Translations under genes and position numbers: made by a program
The notes under the pieces: model-generated
Database searches by the model: none
Told to the model about the DNA's origin: nothing
Seen by the model: only the letters and a program-made list of their open reading frames with translations
Shown: piece after piece, positions 19,056 to 27,733 of the stretch
How the letters are laid out: the number at the start of each line of letters is the position of its first letter
How positions within the stretch are numbered: position 1 is the stretch's first letter
Assembly: GCA_030267125.1 (NCBI GenBank)
Contig: JAJDJJ010000003.1
Location: 309 to 64,308 of the forward strand
Direction of reading: 5' to 3'
From: Bacteroidales bacterium OttesenSCG-928-B11
GTDB taxonomy: Bacteria; Bacteroidota; Bacteroidia; Bacteroidales; WCHB1-69
Length of the DNA stretch: 64,000 bases

Positions 19056-19128
19056 GCTCTAACTACTTTACATATTAAAACTGTTCTCTCCATTTTCAAC
19101 TCTCAATTCTCAATTCTCAATCCTCAAC
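18976..19128. repeat. Second pair of inverted heptamer arrays bracketing the pstC start codon
   Basis: aattgag-aatggaa-aattgag-aatggag (18976-19006) and ctccatt-ttcaact-ctcaatt-ctcaatt-ctcaatc (19087-19128). Confidence 0.8.
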
Positions 19129-19955
19129 TACTTTCCAATGAATCCTATCTCTGAAACGATCTTCTGTCCTTCGGCAGAAAGAACAAAGTCGATAAATGCC
19201 TTTACTTTAGCCTCGGATTTTGTATCATAATAATAGTATAATGGTCTGACAATGGGATAAGTTTCGTTTTTTGCATTAGCGATAGACGGTTGTACAAATG
19301 TTTTTCCACCATCATACGAAACATGAATGGCTTTTACGCTTTTATTCAAATAGGCCAATCCCACATAACCAATAGCTCCTTTGGTTTGACTGATAGACTG
19401 CACAATGGCTCCGGTCGCAGGCATGCTCATGATGCCGGGCATATAGTTTTTCTTGTTCAAAACGCTTTCTTTGAAAAACTCATACGTACCTGAAGATGTC
19501 TCGCGAGAATAAGGAACAATCGCCATATCAGCACCTCCGACTTCTTTCCAGTTTTTGATTTTCCCGGTAAAAATGCCCTCTAATTGTTCACGGGTAAGAT
19601 TGGTTACTTTGTTGGTTGGGTGCACAATTACAGCTAAGGCATCATAAGCTACAGTTACTTCTTTTACTGTTTTGCCTTTTTCTTGTAATTTCTTTTTCTC
19701 ATCGAATTTTATTTTACGGGAAAGTTGCGCCAAATCGGTAGTTCCTTCCATTAAGGCGGAGATTCCGACGCCGCTTCCGCCACCTGTTACGGTTACGGTT
19801 TTTGAAGGATTCTTTTTCATAAATGCTTCGGCTTCTTTTTGAGAAAGAGGCAACATCGTATCCGAACCCTTGATTTTTTGCGCCTGTATTTCAAATACTG
19901 AAGCTGCTAAAATCATTACAGCTAAAATGGTTGCTTTTAAAATTTGTGTTCTCAT
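19128..19955 (-). CDS. pstS: Phosphate ABC transporter substrate-binding protein PstS
   Basis: KGSDTM, GGGSGVGI, YSRETSSGT, GAIGYVG, YPIVRPLY. Confidence 0.95.
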   Translation of the reverse strand: MRTQILKATILAVMILAASVFEIQAQKIKGSDTMLPLSQKEAEAFMKKNPSKTVTVTGGGSGVGISALMEGTTDLAQLSRKIKFDEKKKLQEKGKTVKEVTVAYDALAVIVHPTNKVTNLTREQLEGIFTGKIKNWKEVGGADMAIVPYSRETSSGTYEFFKESVLNKKNYMPGIMSMPATGAIVQSISQTKGAIGYVGLAYLNKSVKAIHVSYDGGKTFVQPSIANAKNETYPIVRPLYYYYDTKSEAKVKAFIDFVLSAEGQKIVSEIGFIGK

Positions 19956-20003
19956 TTTTCTTTAATTTTCTTGTTAATTCTTATTGTGATATTGATCATC
20001 ATT

Positions 20004-20071
20004 TTTCACGGCAAAAGTAGAATGCGATAGTTACAATATGGCATAGGAATTGTTACCGTTTGGTTAAGAAT
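20004..20071 (-). promoter_or_regulatory. pstS promoter with putative Pho-box-like repeats, near-identical to the TBDR promoter
   Basis: cggcaaaagtagaatgcgatagttacaat...taggaattgttac.gtttgg.taagaat shared with 4500-4567; TACTTTTG -7 on the minus strand. Confidence 0.75.
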
Positions 20072-20087
20072 AATTTCTCTGTGAAAT

Positions 20088-20504
20088 TTATATTGTGTAA
20101 TCTAAGTATAAATCCCATTCAAATCCTTCGCCCGGATCCGGCAATCCGATGGGGAGCCTCCGGAAAGGTTTGCCCTTGGATACAACACCAAGCAAGCTGT
20201 CGTTTCCAATGAAACCTCCCCATTTCACCAAAGGCAGGAAAGTGGTGTTCTCTTCCCAAATCAGAGGCATGTGGCGGGAACTCACCCAGTATCGATCGGC
20301 GTCATCCAATGTTTCCTCGTTACTCCTGAATTTTAACGGCGCACCGTGCAATGAAATGGTATCAAGAATTTTTTGCTGTCTGTTAACAACCAACATTGTG
20401 GCATCGTAACAACCACGCATGTATGTGGCATTAAAACAGAGTAAAATGGGAATAACCGGGGATACAAATATTGCAATTAAGACAAGTGCATTCAGGTGGG
20501 ACAA
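20088..20504 (-). CDS. Hypothetical protein (possibly a gene fragment)
   Basis: Only sizeable ORF filling the gap between the pstS promoter and the divergent MORN gene; no recognisable motif; non-ATG start. Confidence 0.3.
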   Translation of the reverse strand: MSHLNALVLIAIFVSPVIPILLCFNATYMRGCYDATMLVVNRQQKILDTISLHGAPLKFRSNEETLDDADRYWVSSRHMPLIWEENTTFLPLVKWGGFIGNDSLLGVVSKGKPFRRLPIGLPDPGEGFEWDLYLDYTI

Positions 20505-20603
20505 ATCAAAAACTTTCCAGGAGTTTTTGATCTACCCTATTCTCATGAGCATATCAATTAATCTTTAATCATTATCTTTGCAGCCGCTAAAAAAACTCTC
20601 TTT

Positions 20604-22106
20604 ATGTTCAGAAGGTTGTATTGGATCATTATCATCGCTCTGTTTGCCGGTCGTTTGGCGGCACAAGAGCCGGTAGATTCAAGCCATTACAAAATCTTCT
20701 ATTATCCAAACGGACAAAAATCCAGCGAGGGTCTTCTTATTGATGGGAAACCGGATGGATATTGGAAATCCTACAGCCCGGAAGGCATTTTGCTTTCGGA
20801 AGGAAACCGTAAAAATTTCGAACTGGACAGTACGTGGAAGTTTTATTCAAAAAAAGGGGATATCACACTCATCATCAACTATAAAGCAGGTATAAAAAAC
20901 GGGGAACGAATTGAGTTTCTGCCTGACGAATTTACTGTTGAATATTGGAAAGAAGACACGCTACTTTCACCCGTCATCACCTATTATCCTGATTCATCGA
21001 TCAAAAGGATTACACCTTATAGTGAAGGGAGATTACACGGCATTGAAAAAGAGTACAACCGAGACAGCGTCATCGTTGCCGTAACCACCTATTACCGCGG
21101 CGTTTTGATTCGCAAGGAATTTATCAACAGAACCGATAATTTCGGTTATAAACAAGGAAATTGGAAATATTTTCGGGAGAATGGGAATCTTTGTTTAGAG
21201 GGCAGTTATCGAAACGATAAAAAACATGGGTTTTTCAAATATTATGATGAAAACGGGGAGTTTGAAAGGATTGAAAAATATGAAAACGACGAGTTGATTG
21301 CCGATGCGGAAGAGACAAAGGTTTTGGATCGCAAGGTCAATTATCACGCCAATGGCCGGCCTAAAATCATAGCCACCTATTATAATGATGTGCCCGATGG
21401 CATCCGGCGGGAGTTCGATACCGCGGGAAATGTAATCCAAGGTTATGTATTTAGCAACGGTGTGCTTCGTTTTGAGGGCGTTACGGATATGAATGGCAAA
21501 AGGCAAGGCGACTGGAAAGAATACTACCCCACCGGTGAACTTCGCTGGAGTGGGAAATACCGCAACTCGCTGCCAATCGGAGAGTGGAAATTCCATTTCC
21601 AAGATCAAACCATAGAGGTAGTTGGAAGATACAATAACAAAGGCGAGAAAATCGGGGAATGGATATGGCACTATTCAGACGGATCGGTACTACGCATTGA
21701 AAATTACGAAGTTGGAGAAATGGAAGGGCCTTTTACGGAATATGACGAAGAGGGACGAGTTATTGCCAAAGGGGAATACCTCGGCAATGAGAAGGAAGGC
21801 GAATGGCTTTACCTGCACGGCACTGTAACCGAAAAAGGACGTTATTACGACGGGCAACGCGAGGACATTTGGAAAACATGGTTCCAAGACGGCACATTAG
21901 CTTCGGAAATCTATTATGACGCAGATGTGCCTTCCGGAAAGTTCACCTACTATTGGGAAAATGGAAAAATTAGAATGACAGGAAAATACGAAGGCGGCGA
22001 ACCGGCGGGGATTTGGTATAAATATGATGAACAAGGAAACTTGATTCTCTCCGTCGTTTATCGTAATGGGAAAGAATATCAATGGAATAGCTACGTAATA
22101 GATTAA
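20604..22106 (+). CDS. Secreted MORN-variant (YwqK-like) repeat protein
   Basis: Signal peptide and many GxWxxYyxnG repeats (DGYWKSY, QGNWKYF, QGDWKEYYPTG). Confidence 0.85.
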   Translation: MFRRLYWIIIIALFAGRLAAQEPVDSSHYKIFYYPNGQKSSEGLLIDGKPDGYWKSYSPEGILLSEGNRKNFELDSTWKFYSKKGDITLIINYKAGIKNGERIEFLPDEFTVEYWKEDTLLSPVITYYPDSSIKRITPYSEGRLHGIEKEYNRDSVIVAVTTYYRGVLIRKEFINRTDNFGYKQGNWKYFRENGNLCLEGSYRNDKKHGFFKYYDENGEFERIEKYENDELIADAEETKVLDRKVNYHANGRPKIIATYYNDVPDGIRREFDTAGNVIQGYVFSNGVLRFEGVTDMNGKRQGDWKEYYPTGELRWSGKYRNSLPIGEWKFHFQDQTIEVVGRYNNKGEKIGEWIWHYSDGSVLRIENYEVGEMEGPFTEYDEEGRVIAKGEYLGNEKEGEWLYLHGTVTEKGRYYDGQREDIWKTWFQDGTLASEIYYDADVPSGKFTYYWENGKIRMTGKYEGGEPAGIWYKYDEQGNLILSVVYRNGKEYQWNSYVID

Positions 22107-22131
22107 AAAAACAGATTTTAAATAACAAATA

Positions 22132-23709
22132 ATGGATATTAAGAAATTAACTTTTCTACTCATAACAACCCTATTTTTAACCTCCACTTTTGCGCAGAAC
22201 AATTTACCGGCACCCATACCGCCGGACTCGATTCATCGCCCTTCCGATGCGGACATCTATGAAAACATGTTGATCCGCAACTTGGATAATATGATGGAAG
22301 AGTGGTATGTGCAACGCGAAGTTACCAATGCACAGAGTGTATTGTGCAAATTGAAAGACGACACCACCTCCGTGGCCAACAACGATTCACTCTATGCCGT
22401 CCGATTGCGTAGCATATCAACCGTTATCCCACTGGCTTACAACGACAAAGTAAAACGCTGGATTGAGCTTTACTCCGAAAAGAGGAAGCGTTCCTCCTCT
22501 GCGATGCTGGGTCTGGCGCAATACTATTTCCCATGGATGAAAGAGATTTTCGACAAATATAATGTTCCTGAAGAGTTAATTTACATGACGATTATCGAAT
22601 CGGCATTGAACCCAAACGCAGTTTCGAAGGCCGGTGCTACCGGCATCTGGCAGTTCATGTACACCACGGGAAAGATGTACGGTTTGGAAGTAAATACTTT
22701 CGTGGATGACCGGCGTGATCCTTACAAAGCCACGGATGCCGCTGCCCGCCACCTTCGCGATCTCTACAACATCTTCAACGATTGGGGGTTGGCTATCGCC
22801 GCTTACAATTGCGGCCCTGCCAACGTACGCAAGGCGATCACCCGCGCAGGAGGTGGGAAACACGACTTTTGGTCGCTATCACGCTTCCTACCTAAGGAAA
22901 CGCAAAACTACTTTCCCGCCTACATCGGCGCCTTCTATCTAATGGAATACCACAACCTGCACGGCATCAAACCTGCTAACATCTCTATCCCCTCCACAGT
23001 GGACACGGTGATGGTTGCCAAAGAGCTGCATTTGGAACAACTCTCCACCACGCTGGAACTCAACTACGACGAAGTAAAACTGTTAAACCCCCAATACAAA
23101 CGATTAGTGGTACCGGCATTCGCCGAACCTTACCCACTCCGATTAAAAGTCCCCGATATGATCCGTTACATGGAGCTGAAAGATTCTGTGCACGCATACA
23201 ACTACGAGGTCTATTTTTCTCCTTTGAAAGTATACGAAAATCAGTTCACCGGTAAAGAAGACCCTTCGTTGAAGACCGGCAAAATTTACCACACCGTAAA
23301 AAAGGGTGAGACACTATCGCGAATCGCCAACGATCATCATCTTTCGGTTTATGAACTGAAAAAAATGAATAAGCTGACCAGCAACACTATCAAAATCGGA
23401 CAACGGTTATTGGTTGGTTACAAAGTAATCGAGGAGAAGAAACCCGAAGATAAACCGATGACGGTAGCGGCTGAAAATGAAGCAACATTAGCCGGTATTA
23501 CAGCCGATTCGACCACACTTGCTGCTCCATGCGACACCCTGCTCACCAAAATCGAACCCCAAACCACTTACACCGTACAAAAAGGCGACACATTCTACAG
23601 TATTTCCAAAAAAGTGGGTGTCAGCCCGCAAAGATTAGCCGAATACAACGAGATTACCAATATGAACCAATTGTCAATTGGACAGAAGTTAAAAATCCCC
23701 TTAGATTAG
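22132..23709 (+). CDS. mltD: Membrane-bound lytic murein transglycosylase D with two LysM domains
   Basis: IIESALNPNAVSKAGATGIWQFM SLT motif, AAYNCG, LPKETQNY, LysM repeats HTVKKGETL and YTVQKGDTF. Confidence 0.9.
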   Translation: MDIKKLTFLLITTLFLTSTFAQNNLPAPIPPDSIHRPSDADIYENMLIRNLDNMMEEWYVQREVTNAQSVLCKLKDDTTSVANNDSLYAVRLRSISTVIPLAYNDKVKRWIELYSEKRKRSSSAMLGLAQYYFPWMKEIFDKYNVPEELIYMTIIESALNPNAVSKAGATGIWQFMYTTGKMYGLEVNTFVDDRRDPYKATDAAARHLRDLYNIFNDWGLAIAAYNCGPANVRKAITRAGGGKHDFWSLSRFLPKETQNYFPAYIGAFYLMEYHNLHGIKPANISIPSTVDTVMVAKELHLEQLSTTLELNYDEVKLLNPQYKRLVVPAFAEPYPLRLKVPDMIRYMELKDSVHAYNYEVYFSPLKVYENQFTGKEDPSLKTGKIYHTVKKGETLSRIANDHHLSVYELKKMNKLTSNTIKIGQRLLVGYKVIEEKKPEDKPMTVAAENEATLAGITADSTTLAAPCDTLLTKIEPQTTYTVQKGDTFYSISKKVGVSPQRLAEYNEITNMNQLSIGQKLKIPLD

Positions 23710-23712
23710 TTT

Positions 23713-24870
23713 ATGTTATTTAGAGATGTGATGGTTGACGAAAACATCAAAAAGCAATTAATCAACCAAGTAAAGAGCAATAGAATCAGTCATGCACAAC
23801 TTTTCCTCTCACAACCGGGGGGAGAAGGTTTTGCGCTGGCAGTGGCATACGCGCAATACCTGTCTTGCAGCGACAAGCAAGAGCACGACTCCTGCGGCGT
23901 TTGTCCATCCTGCCAAAAGTATATCAAATTAGCCCACCCCGACTTGCATCTCTATTTTCCAAATGCCATCACGAAGGATGTAAAAAAAGATCCTGATTCC
24001 AGGCAATTTACGAAAGAGTTCATCCAGTTCGTGCAAAACAACAATTACCATATCAACCTGGATGATTGGTTATCGCATTTGGATGCGGAGAATAAACAGG
24101 CATCGATCAACATCCGCGATTGTGTCAACATCATCGAAGAGAACGGAAATCGATCATACGAAGGTGGATATAAGGTGTTCATCCTTTGGATGGTGGAACG
24201 ACTTTTCCACTCCGCCGCTCCTAAATTGCTAAAAACGCTGGAGGAACCAGAGAGGAACACGCTTTTTGTCCTCATTTCCGAAAATCCGGACAAGATCCTA
24301 ACGACTATACAGTCCCGCGCACAACTCATCAAACTACCCAAACTCTCGGAAGAGATGATTGCGCAACAGTTAATGCAAGAGTATTCCATCAGTCATGAAG
24401 TGGCACGCGATATTGCCGTGCTCAGCGACGGGAATTATCATTTAGCCCTATCGCTTTTCCAAGATCAAGGTGAAATGGGCAAACTGCAGGATTACTGCGC
24501 AAAATTGCTGGACAGTCTCAACTCCTTTGTCACTACCGCTAACAAAACGCATATCGATTTCATCGGCGTCAATAATGTCTTCCAAGAAATTGTCGGTGGC
24601 GGTCGTGAAAACCAGAAACAGTTCATCGGATATCTCCTATCGCTTTTCCGCAAGATGTTACTCCACAACACCCACAACAACCCCGTCTTGAAGCTGACCG
24701 AAAAAGAGAAAGCGCTGCTTGCCAGTTACGCCAATCTCATCACGCTACGCAACATCACTCCGATCGTCAAAGAGTGTAACGAGGCGATCTATCACATCGA
24801 GCGCAATGGCAATTCGAACATTATCTTCAATGATTTGTATTTGAAGTTAGCTGAAATTATGAAATCTTAA
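23713..24870 (+). CDS. holB: DNA polymerase III delta-prime subunit
   Basis: SHAQLF, DSCGVCPSC Zn cluster, HPDLH, KLLKTLEEP, TIQSR. Confidence 0.9.
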   Translation: MLFRDVMVDENIKKQLINQVKSNRISHAQLFLSQPGGEGFALAVAYAQYLSCSDKQEHDSCGVCPSCQKYIKLAHPDLHLYFPNAITKDVKKDPDSRQFTKEFIQFVQNNNYHINLDDWLSHLDAENKQASINIRDCVNIIEENGNRSYEGGYKVFILWMVERLFHSAAPKLLKTLEEPERNTLFVLISENPDKILTTIQSRAQLIKLPKLSEEMIAQQLMQEYSISHEVARDIAVLSDGNYHLALSLFQDQGEMGKLQDYCAKLLDSLNSFVTTANKTHIDFIGVNNVFQEIVGGGRENQKQFIGYLLSLFRKMLLHNTHNNPVLKLTEKEKALLASYANLITLRNITPIVKECNEAIYHIERNGNSNIIFNDLYLKLAEIMKS

Positions 24871-24882
24871 AAACTTATAATT

Positions 24883-25449
24883 ATGAAAAGAAAAACACTT
24901 TTATCTATTTTAATTGCTTTTATCGTACTTACGACTTTTTCCTCCTGCAAGGAGGAAGTGCCCCCCATGCTTGGGTATTGGAAGTGCACGGGTATCGGCG
25001 CTAATGTATTGGGAACAAGCACATCAACCATTGGCGAAGACATGCTAAAATACTTCAGTATCAGTTATGCCGGCGTGGGCACTTCAGGCGTTTACGCCCG
25101 TGTTGGCGCTGACGATCTGAACGCTGTTGCTTCGCTGGCAACCTCAACAGGCATTTCCGCTTGGAAAGAGTTCTTGACCACCGGCAAATACACTTATGAT
25201 GCCACAGCCGGAACCATTACCCACACCTCGAAAGGTGAAAGTAAAACTTACAAATACTCCATTTCCAACAACGGCAAGACGTTAAAATTGGTTGAAGCAA
25301 ATGATAACGTCGGCTCCTCTTCCGCCTTAAATAGCGCGTTAGACATTCTGAACAACTTGCTTGGCACCGATGCCAACACTACTGTAGGGGTGGAATATAC
25401 GTATGAAAAACTGAGCGGTGAAGATGCCTTCAACGCATTGAAACTATAG
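24883..25449 (+). CDS. Hypothetical lipoprotein (lipocalin-like)
   Basis: Lipobox FSSC followed by LGYWK, as in Bacteroidetes lipocalin-like proteins. Confidence 0.6.
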   Translation: MKRKTLLSILIAFIVLTTFSSCKEEVPPMLGYWKCTGIGANVLGTSTSTIGEDMLKYFSISYAGVGTSGVYARVGADDLNAVASLATSTGISAWKEFLTTGKYTYDATAGTITHTSKGESKTYKYSISNNGKTLKLVEANDNVGSSSALNSALDILNNLLGTDANTTVGVEYTYEKLSGEDAFNALKL

Positions 25450-25469
25450 GGCATTTCGTTTCGCAACTA

Positions 25470-26642
25470 CTAACCCTTTATCACCGCTATCGGGCTCAGC
25501 TCGGTTCTTATCTTCACTAAATCCTGTTGCAATTCCATCACTTTGGAGATCTCTTTGTATGCCGATGCCGCCTCCTCCAAATCTGATTTTCCACGGATGG
25601 AGTGGATGATGCCCCGCTCGTCAAGTTTGCGTTTCTCCTCCTCCAAATCTAACTCCCTGACAGCTTTCGCGCGGCTCATCGTCCGGCCGGCGCCATGCGA
25701 GCACGACATAAAGCTCTCGGGATTCCCCAGTCCTTCCACGATGTAGGATTTCGTTCCTTGTGATCCGGGAATAATGCCGATCTCCCCTGTAAAAGCAGAA
25801 GTTGCCCCTTTGCGATGCACAATAACCTTCTCTCCAAAATGCTCCTCCCACGCCGCATAGTTGTGCGCGATATTAATCATCGGTTCATACTCCACGCCCA
25901 ATATTTCATGACCCACAACTTCCTGGATACGCTCCATCATCAACTGGCGGTTAGAAAAAGCGAACGAAACACAGTACAGCATCTCTTGATAATACTGCTT
26001 TGCCGCCTCCGTATTAAAGGGCAGAAAGGCCAGATCCCATTTCGGATCGACGGCGGAATACCAAGAGGCATTCAGATTTTTGGCAACGTTATTATAGTGC
26101 TCCGCCACTTTCAATCCGATATTGCGACTTCCGGAGTGGATCATAATCCAAAGCATACCCGTTTCATCTTTCTGAAGTTCTATAAAATGATTCCCGCCTC
26201 CAAGCGTGCCGATCTGCTTCAAAGCAGAGTTGTATTGATTTCTCACTATAAAAAGTTTATCAATATCGAAATCTTGCGGCATCCTGCTTTCATTCTGCTT
26301 TTCTTTATGATGATTGAATCCCAGCGGAACGCGATCTCTCACGCCTTTCATGATCTTCTTTATGATTTCGGGAGAAAGAGTTTTCACTGAAACATTGGTC
26401 TTCACTGCGCACATTCCACAGCCAATATCCACACCCACGGCATTGGGTATAATTACGCCCTGGGTTGCCAAAACGCCACCGATAGGCATGCCGTAACCCT
26501 GATGTGTATCGGGCATCAGGCAAACATGCTTAAACGCAAAGGGCAGATTTGCCAAGTTCTTAGCTTGTTTGATAGAGCCCTCTTCGGCATCGTCCAACCA
26601 CATCTTAATGGGGATTCGTTCAGTTGATATTACTTGTTGCAT
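25470..26642 (-). CDS. rtcB: RtcB RNA ligase
   Basis: MPDTHQGYG, VGVDIGCG, GTLGGGNHFIE, HSGSR, HNY, HRKGA, SCSHGAGR, AYK. Confidence 0.95.
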   Translation of the reverse strand: MQQVISTERIPIKMWLDDAEEGSIKQAKNLANLPFAFKHVCLMPDTHQGYGMPIGGVLATQGVIIPNAVGVDIGCGMCAVKTNVSVKTLSPEIIKKIMKGVRDRVPLGFNHHKEKQNESRMPQDFDIDKLFIVRNQYNSALKQIGTLGGGNHFIELQKDETGMLWIMIHSGSRNIGLKVAEHYNNVAKNLNASWYSAVDPKWDLAFLPFNTEAAKQYYQEMLYCVSFAFSNRQLMMERIQEVVGHEILGVEYEPMINIAHNYAAWEEHFGEKVIVHRKGATSAFTGEIGIIPGSQGTKSYIVEGLGNPESFMSCSHGAGRTMSRAKAVRELDLEEEKRKLDERGIIHSIRGKSDLEEAASAYKEISKVMELQQDLVKIRTELSPIAVIKG

Positions 26643-26758
26643 GATGATATATTATACGGCAAATCCTATTTTTCTTTGCTCTTGATTTTTGTACAGAAAC
26701 TCACAATAAAATGCTATTGTTTCACATCGTCTGGCAGATTTTCCCCACATTATTATAT

Positions 26759-26845
26759 TTATTTTTCTAACAACCAATCTATTACATTTATCTTTTGTAT
26801 TCCTTTATAACTTGTTTCAGGTTCAACATCGGTAGTGAGTAGAAT
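26759..26845 (-). pseudogene. C-terminal remnant of an AAA/DUF4143-type ATPase gene
   Basis: Minus strand reads ILLTTDVEPETSYKGIQKINVIDWLLEK*, similar to the end of 48630..49856 (FLLTTESFPQSRDGIIHRNVFEWLLEK*). Confidence 0.6.
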
Positions 26846-27076
26846 TCGACGATTAAAATACAAATGTCATCCAAAACCTGTGATTCCGTACAAGTTTTGG
26901 CTAAAAATATTTTTGACTTTCGACCTTTTAATTTCAAGCTGGATTGTCCACAAACTTGCCACAACGGTTTCATACATGCAAAAATACACACTTTCTACGT
27001 CAATGAGAATACAGATAGTCAGTATTTCCCAAAAAAACATTTTTATTTCAGGATGAGAATATTTCTTTGCAAGTAG

Positions 27077-27110
27077 TGCTGTGGTTTGGCATATCCTTAT
27101 TTTAGTTTTG
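27077..27110 (+). promoter_or_regulatory. Putative WYL operator plus -7 promoter of the TM2 gene
   Basis: TGCT-gtggttt-GGCA, 11 bp, TAGTTTTG. Confidence 0.65.
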
Positions 27111-27164
27111 CCGCTGAAAAGACACATAAGCAAAACAAGGAGATGTTGCGCCTTTTTATTTCTG

Positions 27165-27210
27165 AGCAACCGGAAGTGCCGAAAGCCGTAAATGTAGGCA
27201 GTGGAAAATC
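27165..27210 (+). ncRNA. Candidate structured cis-regulatory leader RNA (possibly DUF805-like motif)
   Basis: ccggaag-UGCC-GAAAG...UGUA-GGCA-gugg stem with GAA/GUA internal-loop signature in a ~105-nt 5' UTR. The family resemblance is from memory and unverified. Confidence 0.35.
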
Positions 27211-27217
27211 AATAATT

Positions 27218-27562
27218 ATGGAAAAAGGTAAAGTTGAAATGTTTATGATCTCTAATGGCAATAAATTTCCGACAGAAAATTTAAAGTCGATTAAAGAATC
27301 TTTAGAAAAAATGAGTGATGATAACGGCGTATTCTTGCACTCCCTATCTTTAAGCTCTCCCACAACCGCATTGGTGTTAGGGATTTTATTTGGAGCTGAC
27401 AGGATCTATCTTGGACAGATCGGACTTGGGTTATTCAAAATTGCAACCATGTTTTTCTTGGTGGGTTTACTGTGGTGGTTTATTGACTTGTTCTCCATTT
27501 TAAGGCGGGCAAAAGAACATAATTTTGAGAAATTTAGTAAAATCACCGCTTATAGTCGTTAG
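27218..27562 (+). CDS. TM2-domain membrane protein (ATG at 27218)
   Basis: PTTALVLGILFGADRIYLGQIGLGLFK...WWFIDLF TM2 signature. Confidence 0.85.
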   Translation: MEKGKVEMFMISNGNKFPTENLKSIKESLEKMSDDNGVFLHSLSLSSPTTALVLGILFGADRIYLGQIGLGLFKIATMFFLVGLLWWFIDLFSILRRAKEHNFEKFSKITAYSR

Positions 27563-27733
27563 CTGTTTTTTGACAGATAGCATAGTAAAAGGCCTGTAAA
27601 TATTTTTTTGTGAACTATTTTAACTAATCAAATCTAATATTATATTTGCATGGAAAATTTAGGAAGAAATATCGCAAAAGATATTGCATGACTAAACGAT
27701 TGCAACGATTTACTCACACTAAAAAATAACAAT

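Noticed and set aside
20604-22106. YwqK-type antitoxin of a toxin-antitoxin pair
   Set aside because: Has a signal peptide, sits in a housekeeping run with mltD and holB, and has no adjacent toxin; better described as a MORN-variant repeat protein.
25815-26390. 191-aa plus-strand ORF
   Set aside because: Antisense to rtcB with no independent motif.
26722-26736. Possible fourth WYL operator upstream of rtcB (tcac-atcgtct-ggca)
   Set aside because: Only one half-site matches and there is no TAnnTTTG box at the 11-bp spacing.
27086-27217. N-terminal 44-aa extension of the TM2 ORF given in the ORF track
   Set aside because: The TTG start lies inside the operator/promoter; the TM2-like sequence begins at ATG 27218.
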